A stretch of DNA of 64,000 bases from IMGVR_UViG_3300046170_000378:1-64000; one strand, 5' to 3'; positions 9,671 to 21,862 are shown, counted from the stretch's first letter. Notes: a model not told the origin generated them from the sequence alone. Made by a program: numbers and translations.

Positions 9671-10327
9671 ATGCGTAATAAAAGCGAAGATGCGTGGCAG
9701 ATCATGCGAATTCAAGGTGAGTTCACCAAAGGTTTTGATACATTTAATCAATTAGGATCATGTGTCTCTGTATTTGGAAGTGCAAGAACTTTAAATACAC
9801 ATGATTACTATAAAGAGGCCGAAAAAGTAGGAAAGCTTTTGGTAGAAGCTGGATTTGGAGTTATTACTGGCGGAGGTCCAGGAATAATGGAAGCAGCTAA
9901 CAAAGGAGCACATGAGGCTGGAGGTAAATCTATTGGAGTTGGTATTGAATTGCCATTTGAAGCTAGCATGAATGAATATGTTGATTTAGGAGTTGAGAAC
10001 AGATATTTCTTTACTCGCAAGGTGATGTTCCTTAAATACTCACAGGCATTTGTGATATTTCCAGGCGGCGTCGGCACTCTCGATGAGTTATTTGAGGCCA
10101 TCACCCTTGCACAATGTGGACATAATGTAAAATATCCAATAGTTCTTGTAGGTAAATCTTATTGGAGTGGCTTAGTAGATTGGATGCAAGAAACTTTATG
10201 GAAGCATGGTGCAATTAGTCAAAAAGACTTTGATCTATTTAGAGTTGTAGATACAGCAGAAGAAGCCGTAGAAAAGATTACAGAGTATCACGACAAATAT
10301 CGCAAAGATTCTGAAACTAATTTTTAA
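9671..10327 (+). CDS. LOG-family nucleotide phosphoribohydrolase (TIGR00730-like)
   Basis: VSVFGSAR, ITGGGPGIMEAAN, RYFFTRKVMF, PGGVGTLDELFE. Confidence 0.9.
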   Translation: MRNKSEDAWQIMRIQGEFTKGFDTFNQLGSCVSVFGSARTLNTHDYYKEAEKVGKLLVEAGFGVITGGGPGIMEAANKGAHEAGGKSIGVGIELPFEASMNEYVDLGVENRYFFTRKVMFLKYSQAFVIFPGGVGTLDELFEAITLAQCGHNVKYPIVLVGKSYWSGLVDWMQETLWKHGAISQKDFDLFRVVDTAEEAVEKITEYHDKYRKDSETNF

Positions 10328-10331
10328 GTAG

Positions 10332-10788
10332 ATGAAATTTAAAAAACTCACAGGCTATCCAGAGTTTGAATTACAAGCATATGTTAAGAAGTATTTAGAA
10401 GATCATAAAGAATATGATGTTAAAATATATTTAGGATGTGATAGTCAAACTAAAGCAGATCAAACTATTTATGCAACTACTGTGGTTTTTCACGTAGCTA
10501 GCACAGGTTGTCACGTGATATATAAAAAAGAAAAGTCTACCTGTTATCAGAGACATGTGGACCAGACTATGGAAAGAAGCAGAAAAATCAGTAGAGGTCG
10601 CAGTGTACCTAAGAGAATTTGGAATAGAAATTGATACTATAGATTTGGATTACAATATTGACCCTCAACACGGCTCTAACAAATTAGTCAAAGCAGCCGT
10701 TGGATATGTAGAGTCATTGGGTTTTCAAGCTAGGTGTAAGCCTGAACTTTTACCAGGATGTTACGCAGCAGACGATATTGTAAACTAA
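10332..10788 (+). CDS. YkuK/DUF458-like RNase H-fold protein (frameshift near 10538)
   Basis: KIYLGCDSQ, TRLWKEAEKSVEVA..L, IDLDYN, SNKLVKAAVGYVESLGF..RCKPE. Confidence 0.75.
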
Positions 10789-10841
10789 ATGAATTCGATA
10801 CATATAATACCTATAAATAAATAATACACAAAGAATAATTT

Positions 10842-12855
10842 ATGTCATTAGCAGCAGACGGTTACGAAAACGAAAAAGGAAGACGAGGTAGCAAGAAAAA
10901 GGCTACTCCGTTTTTAGATGAGTTCGGAGAAGATTTAACTCAATTAGCAGCGGAAGGCAAATTAGACCCCATTATCGGCAGAGATAAAGAGATCTATAGA
11001 ATTTGTCAAATCCTTGCACGTAGAAAGAAAAACAATCCTATTATTTTAGGAGACCCGGGCGTCGGTAAAACCGCAATCGTTGAAGCTATAGCTCAGCGCA
11101 TTGTGAATAAGAAAGTTGCACGTGTGCTTCTTAACAAAAGACTAATCTCTATCAACATGACAACCATTGTTGCAGGAACAAAGTATAGAGGAGAGTTTGA
11201 GGAGAGAATGAAAAATATAGTAGATGAATTAAAGGGTGCAGACAATGTAATTGTTTTTATCGACGAGATTCATACAATTGTTGGTGCAGGTGGAGTTAGC
11301 GGAGCATTAGACGCATCTAATATTCTCAAGCCAGCGCTAGCACGAGGACAAGTACAATGTATTGGTGCAACCACAACTGATGAGTACAGAGAAAACATTG
11401 AAGATGATGGCGCACTAACACGTAGATTCCAAGAAATCTTTATTGATGCTCCTTCGGTTCAAGACACCATTGAGATTCTAAATAGAATAAAAGGTAATTA
11501 TGAAGAGCATCACTCAGTGATATATGAAGACGATGCAGTTGAAGCTTGCGCCAAATTAAGTGAACGTTATATCAAACAACGTGAGCTACCAGACAAAGCG
11601 ATAGATCTTTTGGATGAGGCTGGTGCGAGAACACATTTACTAGAAGTTAAAATTCCAGCTAAAATTAAAAACCTTGAAAAAGAGTTAGAGATTGTTAAGC
11701 TAGAAAAGAAAATGGCAGTGGAAGAACAAGATTATGAAAAAGCTGCTAGTCACAGAGACGGTCAAATTTCATTAGAAAGTTTGATCCAAAAAGAAACTGA
11801 AAAATGGGAGTCTTCTCTAAAATCTAAAAAGAGAGCGGTAACATTTAATGATATTGCAGAAACGGTTTCAATGCAAACAGGTATTCCTATCAATAAGCTA
11901 GGTACTGATGATCTTAAGATGATCAAAAATATGGCTAAAGAAATTAAAGCGAATATCATTGGACAAGATGATGCAGTTGAGGCTTTAGCACAAGTAATTA
12001 AAAGATCAAGAACTGGAGTTGCTAGTCATAGTAAACCAAGTGGATCATTCATGTTTTTAGGACCAACTGGTGTCGGTAAAACAGAAACAGTAAAAGCGTT
12101 ATCTGAATACTTGTTCGGAGACTCTGACTCTATGATCAGAATTGACATGTCTGAATATATGGAAAAGTTTACAGTTAGTAGATTAACTGGAGCGCCTCCG
12201 GGATATGTTGGACACGAAGATGGTGGTCAGTTAACTGAAGCTGTGAGACGCAAGCCATATTCTGTAGTTCTATTCGACGAGATTGAGAAAGCTCATCCTG
12301 ACGTATTTAATACATTACTACAAGTGCTTGACGAAGGTAGATTAACAGACTCTAACGGGACGTACAGTAGATTTTACGAACACAGTAATTGTAATGACGT
12401 CAAACGTTGGTGCTAGAAAGGTATCTGACTTTGGAACTGGTATTGGATTTGCTAGTGAGTCTAATGTTGCCCAAGAGAAAGCCAAAAAAGAAGCAATCAT
12501 TAAAAAGGAATTAAAAAATAAATTTAGTCCTGAATTTTTGAATAGGCTTGATGATTTAATCTTATTTGATCAACTAAAACAAGAGCACGTAATTAAGATC
12601 GTTACTTTAGAGCTTAATAAGTTTATAGAAAGAATGGAAGATGAAGGTTACGCGTTTAAGTTTACAAACACAGCGAAAGAATTCTTAGCTAAAGAAGGTT
12701 ACGATCCAAAGTTCGGCGCAAGGCCAGTTAAGAGGGCTATTCAAAAATATGTAGAAGATTTAGTAGCTGATTTAATTTTAGACGGATTAAAAAAGTCAGA
12801 AAAAGCTATAACTATAACAAAAGATAAGTCAGAGGATAAACTAATTGTAAGATAG
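10842..12855 (+). CDS. clpC: ClpC-type Hsp100 ATPase lacking the N-domain (frameshift near 12358)
   Basis: [33 protein letters not shown]-like M-domain [35 protein letters not shown], ClpP-docking loop [14 protein letters not shown]. Confidence 0.9.
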
Positions 12856-12890
12856 TCATATAACCTTTATAAGGTTTAAAAACAATACAT

Positions 12891-13746
12891 ATGAATTTTT
12901 CAAATCAATTTATTGATACAATTATAGACATTGAATCAGATGGTGATGTATCACAACCAAGAGATCTTAAAGTAAAAGAATTACAATTTGGCCATATCGC
13001 TATAGATCCCACAAGACCGATAGCAGATTTTGAAGCAAGAGGTTTTAATTGGAAATACTTAGCAGGTGAAATGGCTTGGTATCTAAAAAAAGATAGAGAT
13101 GTAGATTACATTGGTCAATTCTCAGGATTTTGGTCTAATATAACAAACCCTAATACAAACGAAATCAATTCTAATTATGGTTCTTTAGTTTTTAATAAAG
13201 AACAATTTGGATGGGCAGTAGATTCATTACTTAAAGATAAAAATAGCCGACAAGCTATTATGTTCTTTAATCAGCCTAAATTTCAGTTTGAAGGCAATAA
13301 AGACTTTGTATGTACAATGTATGCTAATTTCTTTATTAGAAATAATAAGTTAAACATGAAAATACAAATGAGATCTAACGACATATTCTACGGTCTCACA
13401 TTTGATGCACCTTTCTTTTCATTCTTACACCAATCAGGTTTATCTAATTCTTAAAGATCAATATTCTGACCTAGAACTAGGTGTATATCACCACTTTGCA
13501 GACAATATTCATTTCTACGAAAGACACTTTGAATTAGCAGAAGAAATAAAGTCTAATAGAATATCTAGTGAAGGTCACACATTCGAGCTTAAAGATAAAT
13601 TTATTGATTACACCTCATCAGATGGTGTAAAGCTAACAAATGCAGCAACAGAATTTATAGCTAGAATAGATGACATGGTAACACGCGAACCTTTAGCAAA
13701 AAGACACGACTACAAACAAGTCCTAGAAGACTATTTTAAAATCTAA
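12891..13746 (+). CDS. Thymidylate-synthase-fold enzyme, probably a dCMP hydroxymethylase (frameshift near 13438)
   Basis: DKNSRQA, DFVCT (catalytic Cys), QMRSNDIFYGLTFD with Asp where ThyA has Asn, and NIHFYERH. Confidence 0.7.
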
Positions 13747-13762
13747 TATATAATATAAGAAT

Positions 13763-14089
13763 ATGATTCAAGAAATGAAAGAACCTGTAAAAATATACAT
13801 AGACCCGAGGTTGCTATTAAAAGGAGATTTAGATAAGGTTCTGATGAGTAAGTATGATGTATTCTATAGAAGAATGGTTGAATATGTGCTTAATGTCATA
13901 GAAGGTAAACCAGAATCAAAACTTCTAGCTGTTTTAATTGATGGAGAAGGTCTAGAATACGAAATGCAATTACCTGAATCTGGTTTTGTTAAATCTTTAA
14001 CAAAAGCTAACGAATATTTTTTAGAAATAGAAGAGTATGAAACATGTACTTTAATTAAAGACATGTTAAAAATAATAGAAAACAAATAA
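13763..14089 (+). CDS. Small protein with a C-terminal UVR-like motif
   Basis: YFLEIEEYETCTLIKD. Confidence 0.7.
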   Translation: MIQEMKEPVKIYIDPRLLLKGDLDKVLMSKYDVFYRRMVEYVLNVIEGKPESKLLAVLIDGEGLEYEMQLPESGFVKSLTKANEYFLEIEEYETCTLIKDMLKIIENK

Positions 14090-14139
14090 ACAGTTTTTAT
14101 ATTTACAATATAACTAGTAATAAAACAAATACACCATAC

Positions 14140-14814
14140 ATGGATTACGGAAAAGAATTTGAAAAATATGCGATGAGCGATCACGGTGTGAGCTCTATGA
14201 ATATGCACTATTTTAAAAATCAGGTAGATAACTCATTGACACCATATATTCTTGAAGAAAGAGAAATGAGAGTTACACAAATGGATATATTCTCAAGGTT
14301 AATGGCTGATAGGTTGTTGTGGGTTGCAGGACCAGTGAATGACAACATGTCTACTATTGTCCAAGCACAGTTAATGTTCCTTAGTAATACTTCTACAGAC
14401 GATATTACAATGCACATTGATTCTCCAGGTGGTTCAGTGAAGTCTGGGCTGTCTATGGTAGATGTAATGGATTACATTCCATGTGATATTAGAACAGTTA
14501 ATACAGGTATGGCAGCTTCAATGGGATCAGTTTTATTGGGAGCAGGCACTAAAGGTAAAAGATCTTCACTAAGACACTCGACAACAATGTTGCATCAATC
14601 TTCTGGTGGATTTAGTGGTAATATACAAGATGCTGAAGTTGATTGGGCAGAATGGAAAAAAGTTAATGAAGAATTATTTGTTTTACTTGGCTCCTACTGT
14701 GGAAAAACTGCAGCTAAAGTTAAGAAAGATGCAACACGTGATTTTTGGCTAAACGCGGAAGAAGCCAAGAAATATGGTATTATTGATGAAATCATTAAGC
14801 CTAAAACAAAATAA
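14140..14814 (+). CDS. clpP: ATP-dependent Clp protease proteolytic subunit
   Basis: MDIFSRLM, IDSPGGSV, GMAASMG (Ser), MLHQ (His), RDFWL (Asp); Flavobacterium-like N-terminus MDYGKEFEKYA. Confidence 0.95.
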   Translation: MDYGKEFEKYAMSDHGVSSMNMHYFKNQVDNSLTPYILEEREMRVTQMDIFSRLMADRLLWVAGPVNDNMSTIVQAQLMFLSNTSTDDITMHIDSPGGSVKSGLSMVDVMDYIPCDIRTVNTGMAASMGSVLLGAGTKGKRSSLRHSTTMLHQSSGGFSGNIQDAEVDWAEWKKVNEELFVLLGSYCGKTAAKVKKDATRDFWLNAEEAKKYGIIDEIIKPKTK

Positions 14815-14821
14815 AAACAAA

Positions 14822-15148
14822 ATGGCACGTAGAGATAAAATACAAGAGGTTTTTGTAGAACTAATAAACCTTCAACTCGAGCCTCATGGAAAGACATATA
14901 TAGATGTCAAGAAAGACCCAAATTGGTACATGAATTATGCTACTACTAGGGAAAATGAACAATCTTTTATGAAAGTCGGTACAGACATCATTAGAAAAAA
15001 GCTTAGAATGTCTAAAAAACAGGCAGAAATGGAAATGAGCTGGTTCATTTTACAATGGGGGTTAACCACTAAAGAATCTTTGGATTCTATAGAAAAAGAA
15101 ATAACACAACTACAAGAAAAGCCAAGTAAGACTAAGGCTAAAAAATAG
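14822..15148 (+). CDS. Hypothetical protein
   Basis: ORF beginning MARRDKIQEVF just after the clpP stop. Confidence 0.65.
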   Translation: MARRDKIQEVFVELINLQLEPHGKTYIDVKKDPNWYMNYATTRENEQSFMKVGTDIIRKKLRMSKKQAEMEMSWFILQWGLTTKESLDSIEKEITQLQEKPSKTKAKK

Positions 15149-15342
15149 TGAAATTCTCAAAAAGAATACGAATTCTTCAAAAATTAGATCATAGAGGAAG
15201 ATCTACATTCTTTATTGTACATAGGCGAGCAGGGAGAACCAGCATAAAAGACGTACCTAAATCATTTAGAGTATTTGACAACTTAGATGATGCTGAACGA
15301 CACGCAATATACCTAATACAAAATTATAAAAATATTTTTTAG
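15148..15342 (+). CDS. Small basic hypothetical protein
   Basis: GTG start overlapping the previous stop codon. Confidence 0.5.
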   Translation: MKFSKRIRILQKLDHRGRSTFFIVHRRAGRTSIKDVPKSFRVFDNLDDAERHAIYLIQNYKNIF

Positions 15343-15383
15343 ATATTTGACAACTAAGCATGACAAAATATGATAAATAATTC

Positions 15384-16085
15384 ATGCAAAGTAAGTACAA
15401 ATTACCAGATTGGGCAAATGAAGGTCCAGAAGATTTAGAATACAGGACATATATGATGTTGGCCCATGTCAAATCATTAAAGAAAGATCTTGTAAACGAA
15501 AAATTATTACCAGTATTATTTGAGGTAGACACGACTCTGGATTATTTGTACAGATACGATGCTATCAAAATGACAGAAGAGGATACCAAAATTACCGCAG
15601 GTGATTGGGGACCCTTAAATTTTGTTTTCTCTACAGAAGAAGAGACTATTGAGCAAAGTCAATTAATGGATAAATTAGTAGACAGTGCTATAGATAAATT
15701 TGAAGATCTACATTCTATGTGTAGAGAAATATGGAGAGAAATAGAAGTAAACCTCAAAGCGGGTTACATATCAGATAAAAAATATTTCTTAGCTGATGGG
15801 TTTGTATTTCTAAAAACCAAAAATAATAAATTATTAATATATTATTTTAATAAACCAGTAAAGAACTTTACATCATCGTGGAAAGACTTTAAATTACAAC
15901 ACATCAAGACACAAGATTGGAATCAAGACGATTATTTTGAGAGCTTAGAAGAAATAGTTGAAAAAAAGTCGGATAAGATTATAATAAAATCTGAATTATT
16001 AATAGACGTTACAATTGACAATCACGCAATAGCCGTAATTAATAGTTTTATATTTAGTATGCTGCGTAGAGACTACTCATTTTAA
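15384..16085 (+). CDS. Hypothetical protein
   Basis: 233-aa ORF preceded by GATAAATA (class III variant) 4 nt before the ATG. Confidence 0.75.
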   Translation: MQSKYKLPDWANEGPEDLEYRTYMMLAHVKSLKKDLVNEKLLPVLFEVDTTLDYLYRYDAIKMTEEDTKITAGDWGPLNFVFSTEEETIEQSQLMDKLVDSAIDKFEDLHSMCREIWREIEVNLKAGYISDKKYFLADGFVFLKTKNNKLLIYYFNKPVKNFTSSWKDFKLQHIKTQDWNQDDYFESLEEIVEKKSDKIIIKSELLIDVTIDNHAIAVINSFIFSMLRRDYSF

Positions 16086-16127
16086 CTTTGATATATAATA
16101 CAGAAACAAAACATATAAACTAATATT

Positions 16128-18951
16128 ATGCCACAAGCTTCAAATCAAGACATTATTGTAGTTTTACCTGAAATTAGAAGAATTATTAGAGGACAAGCTC
16201 AGAGCTTTAACTTTATAATCTATAAAAATAACATAGGTAATCAACTTAATATTAATAATGCGGTTGAGGTTATTGCAGAAATAAGCGACCAAAGCTTAAA
16301 TGTAGTAAAAACCTTTAAAAAATCTGACGGTACATTAACATACGGTCAACCAAACTCAGATGTTCAAGGAGAAGTAGTAGTATCACTGACTGCTGAAGAA
16401 TCAGCATCTCTTGTACTTTCTGACAATAACATTCAAGGAGAACTTTATGTTCGATTTATTGTACAACAAAATATTAATCAAGTCGTTGTACCTAAAGTTA
16501 AGACAGCTAATATATTCGATGCTGGACAAAACGTAGGAGATGGTATTGTTGCAAGTAGATTTACTTTGCCTGCACCTGTATATTCTATAAAATCTTTCAA
16601 TATTGCAGATAGTGTTTCTCATGGAGAGATGGTTATTAATTCTGCAGACCCTATGAGTATCACTAAAGTTAAGTTTAGTGTAACTGACGATAAGGGTTAT
16701 AGAAATGGTTTTATTGAAGGTGTTTTAGAAGATAGGTTTGATACAGATGGAACCAGCGCTTCGATATATTTGACCAACGTATACAATAATAGTGAATACA
16801 CGCTATTAAAGGTTGTAAGTTGGGGAAGAATAGATCAAAATACAGCAGATGCTGGAAACACTAGATAACAGAGATATTCATGACGCCATAGAATTAGGTT
16901 GTTCAATGGGAAGATAATTCAAAAATAGCAACAAACGATATTGCACTTGAAATAGGTGACAACATCGGTCTTTTTGCAGAAGCGTATACTAAACCAGGCA
17001 CACAAGTAAGTGTAGATGGACAAACGTATGAAGACATTACAGCCATTGAATGGCAAGGTGGTATTGCAGCATCTGATCTTGGAGATGGGTCTCTTAGACT
17101 TACTATAGCAGGTGGAGCACCTAGTACTTCAGGTACTTCTGGCTCTTCAGGTATTGATGGAGCTACAAGGTGAACAAGGTCCTCGAGGTGAAGCAGGAAG
17201 AGATGGTGTTGATGGAGCACAAGGTGAACAAGGTATCAAAGGACTTGACGGACTTAAAGGCGATGCAGGTACCGACGGAACTTCAGGAATAAGTGGAGCT
17301 GACGGAACTTCAGGTATTGATGGAACTTCAGGTATTGATGGAACTTCAGGTGTTGATGGAACTTCAGGCTATAGTGGCGAAAGAGGTGCAGATGGAACTT
17401 CAGGAAGAGATGGTATTAACGGAACTTCAGGTATTTCAGGTGTTGACGGAACTTCAGGATTAGACGGAACTTCAGGAACAAATGGTTCTTCTGGCTCTTC
17501 TGGTATTTCAGGCGCTGATGGCACTTCTGGTGTTGACGGAACTTCAGGAAGAGACGGCGAAAGAGGACTTCAAGGTGAACAAGGTATTAAAGGACTTGAC
17601 GGCATTCAAGGTATCCAAGGTGAAGCTGGAACTTCAGGAACAAATGGAACATCTGGTGTTGACGGTGCTAAAGGCGATCAAGGTGATCAAGGAATTCAAG
17701 GTGAAGTTGGACCTAAAGGTGACAAAGGTGACCAAGGTTTAACAGGTCAGACTGGACTAGTTGGACCAAAGGGTGACAAAGGGTGATCAAGGTGATCAAG
17801 GCCTTAAAGGTGATCAAGGAATTCAAGGTGAAGTTGGACCTCAAGGAATTAAAGGAGATAATGGTACTTCTGGTACTAATGGATCTTCGGGTATTAATGG
17901 TGCCTAAGGGTGACAATGGTTCTTCTGGAACTGATGGAACTTCAGGGTTCTAATGGATCAAGCGGTACTAATGGTACTAACGGATCTTCAGGTATTAATG
18001 GTGCCAAAGGTGATCAAGGTGTTAAGGGTGAAGATGGATCTTCGGGAGTTAATGGAAACAATGGTACTTCGGGTACTAATGGTACTTCAGGTATTAATGG
18101 AGTTTCTAATATTCCTGGACCTAAGGGTGATAAGGGTGACAAAGGTGATCAAGGTGATCCAGGTAATGATGGAGTTTCTAATATTCCTGGACCTAAGGGT
18201 GATCAAGGTGATCAAGGACCTAAAGGGTGACAAAGGTGATCAAGGTGATCAAGGACTTCAAGGTGATCAAGGTGATCAAGGTATTCAAGGAGCCTAAGGG
18301 TGATCAAGGTGATCAAGGACTTCAAGGTAATAACGGACCTAAGGGTGACAAAGGTGATCAAGGTATTCAAGGTATTCAAGGTCTCAAGGGTGATACTGGT
18401 AACGACGGTGTAGGAATTCCTGCCGGAGGCGTAGATGGACAAGCACTTATAAAATCCGGAGGTACAGATTATTCTGTAACTTGGGGAGATGCTATCGGTT
18501 CAGGTACTAAAAAATATTTAGCATATGTTACGTTTACTGCAGCAGAGGCGATTAACACAATTACAATGGTTGATCCTAATAGGTGACGGTAGATTTGCAA
18601 CCTGGAGGTGTAACCACTTCTACTTCTATTGGTGGCAATGGAGAAAAGTTTGCTGAGTTTACATTTGCTAACGAAGATGGAGCTCCTCTTACAATCACAG
18701 CATTAGCGGCTAACATGATTACAAATGAATATAAAATTACAAGCCTCAACGGAGGTGGAGATGACAAACAATATATACTGTCTAATGTAACTATGTCTAG
18801 CCCTAATAACAACAACGATTATGTTGGTGATGTTTGGACGGCATTCTCAAATAATAAAGTTAAATTAGATTTAACCAAATCAAATATAGATTATGTTAGA
18901 AAGGGTTTCCCAACAAAAGAGGGTCATGCTTATATCATATTCACATTTTAA
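16128..18951 (+). CDS. Structural protein with a central Gly-X-Y collagen-like region (about 10 +1 insertions)
   Basis: Globular N-terminus, then (GTSGID/GPKGDKGDQ)n triplets spread over ORF fragments 17112-18586, then a C-terminal domain shared with the next gene. Confidence 0.65.
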
Positions 18952-18972
18952 TAAACAATAAGATAGTAAAAA

Positions 18973-19942
18973 ATGGCTTACATTAAACCCGATAAAACAC
19001 ACAACCCAGGCGGTTCATTTCCGTATACTAACTTTATAGTACCAAATGATGGCGACTCAATCGTTTGGTATGGCTCATTCATTTAATATGATCGGTGCTA
19101 TAACAGAAATGCCTACAATTGAAGATAGGAATAATATTCCAGTTAACCAATATTCTTCAACTAACACTGGTTTCACTGACAACATGGATGGCATCTCTTC
19201 TGGTAGAAGAAGGATAGGTATGTTAGTATACGTGCTTGAAACACAAAAACATTACCAATTATTACCTAAGGGTTATTTTGGTAATGATGGCGATGGAACA
19301 TTAGAACAGTTTAACTCTTTACCAGAATGGGAAAGAGCAAGATTATTGCATCCAGAATCCGAAGGCATTAAGACAGATCAAAGTTCTTTTGTACCGGGTC
19401 AAGGTTTAGTTTACACAGAAATGCCTATTACTGGAGTAGCTGCTGATTGTTGGGTAGAAATTGACATGCTCAGTTCAGGTGGAATCACACGCCCAAGTGT
19501 TACAAAATATTTAGCATACATTACATTCTCTGTAGCGGAAGAAGTTGAATCAATTACTATGGTTGATCCAGCAGGAGATAATAAATACTCAACAAAAAAT
19601 GTGTCGGCATCGACTTCTATTGGCGGTAATGGAGAAAAGTTTGCAGAATTCTCATTTGGTGATGAAGCTGCAGCACCTAGCTCTATTGTTATCTTAGCAT
19701 CTAATATGATTACTAGTGAATATAAAATCACTAGTTTAAATGGCGGAGGTGACGATAAACAATATGTAATAGCCAATGCATCGATGACACAAACTGAGGG
19801 TACAGATAAATATACGAGTGATATTTTTACATCGTTCGCAAACGCAACTATAAAATTAGATTTAACCAAATCAAATATAGATTATGTTAGACGTGGCTTT
19901 CCAACTAAAGAGGCACATGCATATATCATATTCACATTTTAA
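18973..19942 (+). CDS. Putative structural protein (frameshift near 19060); C-terminal domain paralogous to the previous gene
   Basis: Starts MAYIKPDKTHNPGG. Both genes end with TK(K)YLAY.TF...STSIGGNGEKFAEF...GFPTKE.HAYIIFTF. Confidence 0.65.
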
Positions 19943-19963
19943 TAAAACAGATAAACAAATAAT

Positions 19964-21862
19964 ATGACAACATTAACTCCAATTACATTATCAGGTTCAA
20001 TTTCTGCATGGACAGGACAAAACCTATATGGTGAAAATGATGGACTAGGACTTCAGAATCAATACTCTACATACGAAATAACTGTAAGCTCTATCAATCC
20101 GCAAACACATGGTGATTCTAGTACTAGAGAACCTAACATATACAATGGATTAGATGTTTCTGAAGGAATGTTTCTTTCAAACACAGATGGTAACACCATC
20201 CTAAGAATATCTTCTATTACTGCTAAAACTGCAGATACATTTTCATGTACAGTTGAGGATGTAGATATGATGTCATATAGACTACATTCATCAAATACTA
20301 TAGATCTAAATGAACAAATAAAAATATTCTCTTTGAATCCAGAAGGTGAACCAGTTTTTGCTGGCTCTCCATTTACGGATGCACAGAGTTTACAAAAGGT
20401 ACAATCTAGATTTAGTTTAAACGAAAAAGATGATAGAGTTAAGTTTTCTCAAACTTTATCTTCAAATCTAAGCAAAGGTGATATTGTCTCTGTAGATGCT
20501 TCGGGTAATTTAGTCAAGTACGGTACTGCTGGATCTTCAGAGGTAAAGGTAGGTATTGTAGTTGACATATACAGAGGTGGTAAAGATATTTTTGTAAAAC
20601 CATTTAATGATGTTGTAAGAAATTATGCTGATGCTGAAGGTTTAGTAGGGGCACCCGGTGATGTATATTACACAGACCTAAATAATGCTGGAGAAATTAC
20701 AACAGCAACGGGTGGAAAAGCAGTATTTATGCATTTAAATACAAAAATAGCAACTACTGTAAATATCGTATCAGATGTTGATCCTTCTTCAAATGATGTA
20801 ATAGAAATTAATGGAGTAACAGTTTTTGATGGACCTAATGGCGATACTGTTAATGACGTAGAAGCTTTTAAAGATTTACTAAATACTAAAACTGCAGAAA
20901 CAAATGTTAGTGCTTCAATTACACAGGCACCTGGAGAAGTTAACGCAGAAGGAAATACTTTGGCATATACATCTGGCGATCACGGTGTTGCAGGTCAAGA
21001 TATGCTAAATATTGTTGGAGAAGTTGGTTCAACACCATCTTCAATAGCTTCTATTACTATAGGTGATGGAGTTAATGCTCCAGTGACTATTTCATTTGAT
21101 TCACCAGATATTACTATATTTGGCGGCACATATGATGCTATGTCACCTACTGCTATTTTAGCTGCATTTACAGATGCAATTTCAAGTGGTAGTTTAGATT
21201 TAGTGGCAGAGCTATATGATTCTACGGATCATGCGGGCCAAGCTATTAGAATAACTACAACGGGCAGTGCAACTGGAATATTTTTAAACAATCAATCTTC
21301 AAATGGATTTGGTGCCAACGCTGTTGGTTCAGGTGGATTTACAGGTTTAACAACCACTGCTGCATTAGGCGCTTCAACATTAACATTGACTAGAGCATCT
21401 GGTGGTGCTATCGAAATAGATGGAACTCCACTTGCAGGCGGATATATCAACCAAAACGGAGTAGTATCTTCTAAAAACGGTAGAACACCTTATTTGTTAT
21501 TAATAGAATCTGAAGGTGGTTCAGGACTAGAGGCTACTGGTGTAGATGTTAAAGAAGATTTAAATAAAGCACCATTAGAAACTACAGCCGCCGGAGACAC
21601 AACAGGAATTCAAATCACGTACACTCCATTTTCAGACGGTGCAGTTGCAATAACTGTAAACGGATTAGGTGCAAATATAGGAGACGGTGCTAAAGACGAA
21701 CCGTGTTATTTCTCAAGCGATGACGGAGTAACAGCAAAAGAAATAGCAAATATTTCAGCAGGTGATACTTTATATTGGAACGGTTCTATTGGCGGATTTG
21801 AGCTGGATGCAACTGACGAAATCGACATTATTTATCAAGCGTCTTCATTAGATATTAGCTAA
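19964..21862 (+). CDS. Putative virion structural protein (632 aa, Gly/Thr/Ser-rich, beta-type)
   Basis: Long intact ORF in the structural cluster, followed by a terminator. Confidence 0.65.
   Translation: MTTLTPITLSGSISAWTGQNLYGENDGLGLQNQYSTYEITVSSINPQTHGDSSTREPNIYNGLDVSEGMFLSNTDGNTILRISSITAKTADTFSCTVEDVDMMSYRLHSSNTIDLNEQIKIFSLNPEGEPVFAGSPFTDAQSLQKVQSRFSLNEKDDRVKFSQTLSSNLSKGDIVSVDASGNLVKYGTAGSSEVKVGIVVDIYRGGKDIFVKPFNDVVRNYADAEGLVGAPGDVYYTDLNNAGEITTATGGKAVFMHLNTKIATTVNIVSDVDPSSNDVIEINGVTVFDGPNGDTVNDVEAFKDLLNTKTAETNVSASITQAPGEVNAEGNTLAYTSGDHGVAGQDMLNIVGEVGSTPSSIASITIGDGVNAPVTISFDSPDITIFGGTYDAMSPTAILAAFTDAISSGSLDLVAELYDSTDHAGQAIRITTTGSATGIFLNNQSSNGFGANAVGSGGFTGLTTTAALGASTLTLTRASGGAIEIDGTPLAGGYINQNGVVSSKNGRTPYLLLIESEGGSGLEATGVDVKEDLNKAPLETTAAGDTTGIQITYTPFSDGAVAITVNGLGANIGDGAKDEPCYFSSDDGVTAKEIANISAGDTLYWNGSIGGFELDATDEIDIIYQASSLDIS

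Noticed and set aside
12891-13746. A simple duplicate of thyA
   Set aside because: It is highly diverged, has Asp in place of the dUMP-specifying Asn, and lacks the ThyA DRTGTGT and LPPCH motifs.
7385-14814. A bacterial chromosome segment
   Set aside because: Housekeeping-type genes are isolated from their usual operons and interleaved with phage structural genes under phage-style repeated promoters.
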